From IMG/VR virus record IMGVR_UViG_3300035458_000037, positions 1 to 64,000 of that record: DNA of 64,000 nt. The stretch is one strand, 5' to 3'. The notes under the pieces are model-generated. The model did not search any database. It was not told where the DNA came from and saw only the letters and a list, made by a program, of their open reading frames with translations. Shown here piece by piece: positions 61,558 through 64,000 of the stretch. The translations under genes were made by a program, and so were the position numbers. The number at the start of each line of letters is the position of its first letter. Within the stretch, counting starts at the first letter, position 1. Source of the stretch: a virus.

Positions 61558-62004
61558 TTACACCAAGATACGGAATTGAACGATCTTACCGATAGGAGTG
61601 CCCAAGGCAAAGTCAGTGGAAGCAGCTTTTGTTGCGATGCACTTGGCGAAATAAGCACCAGAACTGAGATCGCCAGCAGAAGCCTTCGCAATCTTACCAC
61701 TCACGCAAGTAAGCAGATCACTGGCACCAATAGCACCGTTTGTGGAGTCGTCAATCTGATCGGTTTCGGCTTCAAACACACCGAAAACGACAGAATATTT
61801 CTTCGAAGAATTACCGCTCAAATCTTCAAAGACAAATTCCACCTGACGATAATCGGCAGAAGTAGCAGCAGCCACCAGGGTGCCACTGCCATCAGTCTTG
61901 ACGACAGCTCCCTTGACAAAAGTTGCACCGGTAGACGCACGGCTCACAGTGGCTACCGAGTAAGAGCCTTCCTGAAGGCCACTTAGGATGTTGAAGATCG
62001 CCAT
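61558..62004 (-). CDS. Putative capsid decoration/cement protein
   Basis: 148 aa, small-residue-rich, directly upstream of the capsid gene. Confidence 0.6.
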   Translation of the reverse strand: MAIFNILSGLQEGSYSVATVSRASTGATFVKGAVVKTDGSGTLVAAATSADYRQVEFVFEDLSGNSSKKYSVVFGVFEAETDQIDDSTNGAIGASDLLTCVSGKIAKASAGDLSSGAYFAKCIATKAASTDFALGTPIGKIVQFRILV

Positions 62005-62048
62005 GAGTTCTCCTCTTTAGCAAGTTTTTGAGAATTTAAGAATTTTGG

Positions 62049-62411
62049 TTAAGCAAGACCCAATTCTTCCATGATTAAAGCTTGTCTTTCATGGAATTTA
62101 TTGTCAGCATTGGAAGCGGTTTTCGTCATCTCTTCGCCAGCTACCCGGCCAAAAGATACCTTTCGACTCAGTGTATCCGCAATTTTCAACATTGCATCAG
62201 CGCCACCATTTTCCTGGGCTTCTTTCAGCATATTCTCGGCTTCTTCATAGGACACGCCAACTTTACCAGCCAATTGTTCGGCTTTTTTATTGAGGCCTTC
62301 TGAGTGCTGACTTTTCTGCTGGAGCTGCGCGGTCATTTCCTGAATGATCGCTGCGCCTTCATCAATGATCTGGAGGGCTTGCTGTAGGGCCTGTTCGAGT
62401 TCAGCGCTCAT
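62049..62411 (-). CDS. Scaffold-like helical protein
   Basis: Coiled coil; LNKKAE, MLKIAD, MTKTAS. Confidence 0.65.
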   Translation of the reverse strand: MSAELEQALQQALQIIDEGAAIIQEMTAQLQQKSQHSEGLNKKAEQLAGKVGVSYEEAENMLKEAQENGGADAMLKIADTLSRKVSFGRVAGEEMTKTASNADNKFHERQALIMEELGLA

Positions 62412-62806
62412 TATTTCACCTCCGCAAAGAGACGCTTGCCACGGAGTGCAGCCAGCTTCATGAGCGCGGCCACCTTGATCTGGGTGCCGTCCGGTCGAGC
62501 GATTACTACTGCGCCACCACCTGCCTCTGCGCCAGCACCAGGAGTCTCCCCTTCAGCCGCCTCTTCCCCAGGAGCACCACCCCCTGGAGGCTGATCTCCA
62601 CCTGCGCCCGCTGCCATTTGACCAAGTGAAGCCTTGAATTTCTCAACATTAGCCAAATGAGCTTGAGCGGATGCGAGAATATCACCACCGCCTTGCTGCT
62701 GAGCAGATTCTGTGGGGCCACCATTTTGATCGTTAGCATTTTTCTCAACGGGATCAAGCAATAACTCATCTTGAGCCTCTTTGATAATTTGATCGATTAT
62801 TCCCAT
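62411..62806 (-). CDS. Scaffold/core-like protein
   Basis: VEKNAN, IKVAA, LMKLAA; G/A/P-rich linker. Confidence 0.65.
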   Translation of the reverse strand: MGIIDQIIKEAQDELLLDPVEKNANDQNGGPTESAQQQGGGDILASAQAHLANVEKFKASLGQMAAGAGGDQPPGGGAPGEEAAEGETPGAGAEAGGGAVVIARPDGTQIKVAALMKLAALRGKRLFAEVK

Positions 62807-62807
62807 A

Positions 62808-63332
62808 TCACCCCTCAACCATAGAATTTAGAGCCTGTGAGATTTCGATAGCTTTTTGTTCATCAATAGTCTTCTTCATAATGCCATCATGCAAATCTGT
62901 CTTGACAGCCTTAATAACTTCATTAACTAATGTTGGATAAGCAGATCCCACCGCTTGAACAAAAGGAAGGATTTTATCAGGTTGGCCTGCTTCAATAGCT
63001 TCAATTACAGCATCGTGAACTTGTTGAATATTCAAACCACCAGATTCTGGATTGGCAACAACATTTCCATTCTCTCTACTGCCAGATGCTTGGGGAATAT
63101 CTTCTGTAACTGCACCGCCAGTAATTGGAGGAGCTGTGCTATCTTCGACAGATTGAGCACCCTCATGTTGATCAAGTATTTCAGCTAATTTCTCCATTAC
63201 TAAATAGGCAGTGTAATTAGCAGTTTTCTCCAAAAGAGGTAACATGCTTTCCAAGAGTTCGTTCTGACTATCTTCGGCTAATTTCTGAAGCACTTCTGGT
63301 TCAGTTTCCTCAAGAAATCTACGTAGATCCAT
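62808..63332 (-). CDS. Scaffold/core-like acidic protein
   Basis: LQKLAE, LEKTAN, MEKLAE. Confidence 0.65.
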   Translation of the reverse strand: MDLRRFLEETEPEVLQKLAEDSQNELLESMLPLLEKTANYTAYLVMEKLAEILDQHEGAQSVEDSTAPPITGGAVTEDIPQASGSRENGNVVANPESGGLNIQQVHDAVIEAIEAGQPDKILPFVQAVGSAYPTLVNEVIKAVKTDLHDGIMKKTIDEQKAIEISQALNSMVEG

Positions 63333-63340
63333 GTGACGCC

Positions 63341-64000
63341 TCATTTACCAGTGAATAGATTTTTGACACCTTTTGCAGTATCAGCAGCAACTGTTTTGGC
63401 GCCTGAATAAAGAGCTTTAGGATTCATGGCACCAAGTCCGCCAATGAGACCTAGTTTACCAGGATTGTTGGCTACAAATTTACCAATTGGTCCAACCTGT
63501 TCACCTCTTTCCATTTTGTTCTGAATATGAGCACTTGCCATGTAAGGGACAGCGAACCCGAGTCCAGCTCTTGCCGCCATTCCTGCGACCCCTGCCTGCT
63601 TGTTTAATTCTTCAATAGCATACGGATCATTACCTATAAAAGTACCGTGATCTGGATGATCTGACATTAAAGCTCCGATACCAGCACCAAGTAATCCATA
63701 AGCACTGAATTTGTGTTCCGCATTCTTTCTGTATAATAGATAAAGCGCAGATAGAATGGAACCCATTCCCACCATGCCGGTAACACCAGCTTCTTTTCTT
63801 AAGCCTTTATCTGTTTCGTAGATTCTATGATCAACCTTGCCTATTGATCTATCATCGATTACATGAGATGGAATAGATCGTGATAGCTTGACGGCATTGT
63901 GCGTAATATCAATATCAGCTAATCCATGAAGCCTATCATCAAGTCCTTTTACTTTGGGCTGAGATAAAACTGCTTTTTTGTTTAGGTATTGATTAGCTAG
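63341..64000 (-). CDS. C-terminal part of a head-module protein (5' end outside the window)
   Basis: Frame is open to position 64000; LNKKAV, LRKEAG, LNKQAG; glycine-rich hydrophobic segments. Confidence 0.7.
   Translation of the reverse strand, partial: LANQYLNKKAVLSQPKVKGLDDRLHGLADIDITHNAVKLSRSIPSHVIDDRSIGKVDHRIYETDKGLRKEAGVTGMVGMGSILSALYLLYRKNAEHKFSAYGLLGAGIGALMSDHPDHGTFIGNDPYAIEELNKQAGVAGMAARAGLGFAVPYMASAHIQNKMERGEQVGPIGKFVANNPGKLGLIGGLGAMNPKALYSGAKTVAADTAKGVKNLFTGK

Noticed and set aside
171-62588. CCCCTGGA as a classical strand-polarised Chi or KOPS site
   Set aside because: Orientations are mixed (10 versus 7) and interleaved, so a simple polarised model does not fit; kept as an unexplained motif.
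1-64000. Alternative genetic code (stop-codon reassignment)
   Set aside because: Long intact genes are obtained in the standard code, and TAA, TAG and TGA all end genes at sensible, often coupled, boundaries.
1-64000. tRNA or rRNA genes
   Set aside because: No cloverleaf with a T-loop consensus was found by eye in the intergenic gaps; a tRNAscan run would be needed to exclude them fully.

Overview
This window is an AT-rich segment of a large tailed bacteriophage genome, probably a jumbo myovirus, read in the standard code. About 1-31 kb holds dense, mostly + strand early/middle genes behind a conserved promoter motif. These include NDP kinase, dUTPase, dNMP kinase, SSB, a radical SAM enzyme, an RNA-ligase homologue, a lytic transglycosylase and a protease-PKD-glycosidase lipoprotein. 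DnaE lies at 31.9-35.0 kb. About 35-53.9 kb is a virion module (SNF2 helicase, baseplate/fibre, portal, neck, split tail sheath, tube). Two host-type transporters (AmpG-like and POT) lie at 56.3-59.1 kb, and a minus-strand head module runs off the right edge. The strongest unexplained signals are: (1) a dispersed motif CCCCTGGA(N)G, 17 exact 8-mer copies in both orientations and four different reading registers, sitting in sharp GC-rich islands within AT-rich genes; (2) a hydrophobic-x-K-x-A motif repeated in head proteins and used as an N-terminal tag (MSL[IV]KLA) on a cluster of small cargo-like proteins; (3) promoter-driven structured RNA and minigene candidates. All calls come from reading motifs by eye; no database search was run.
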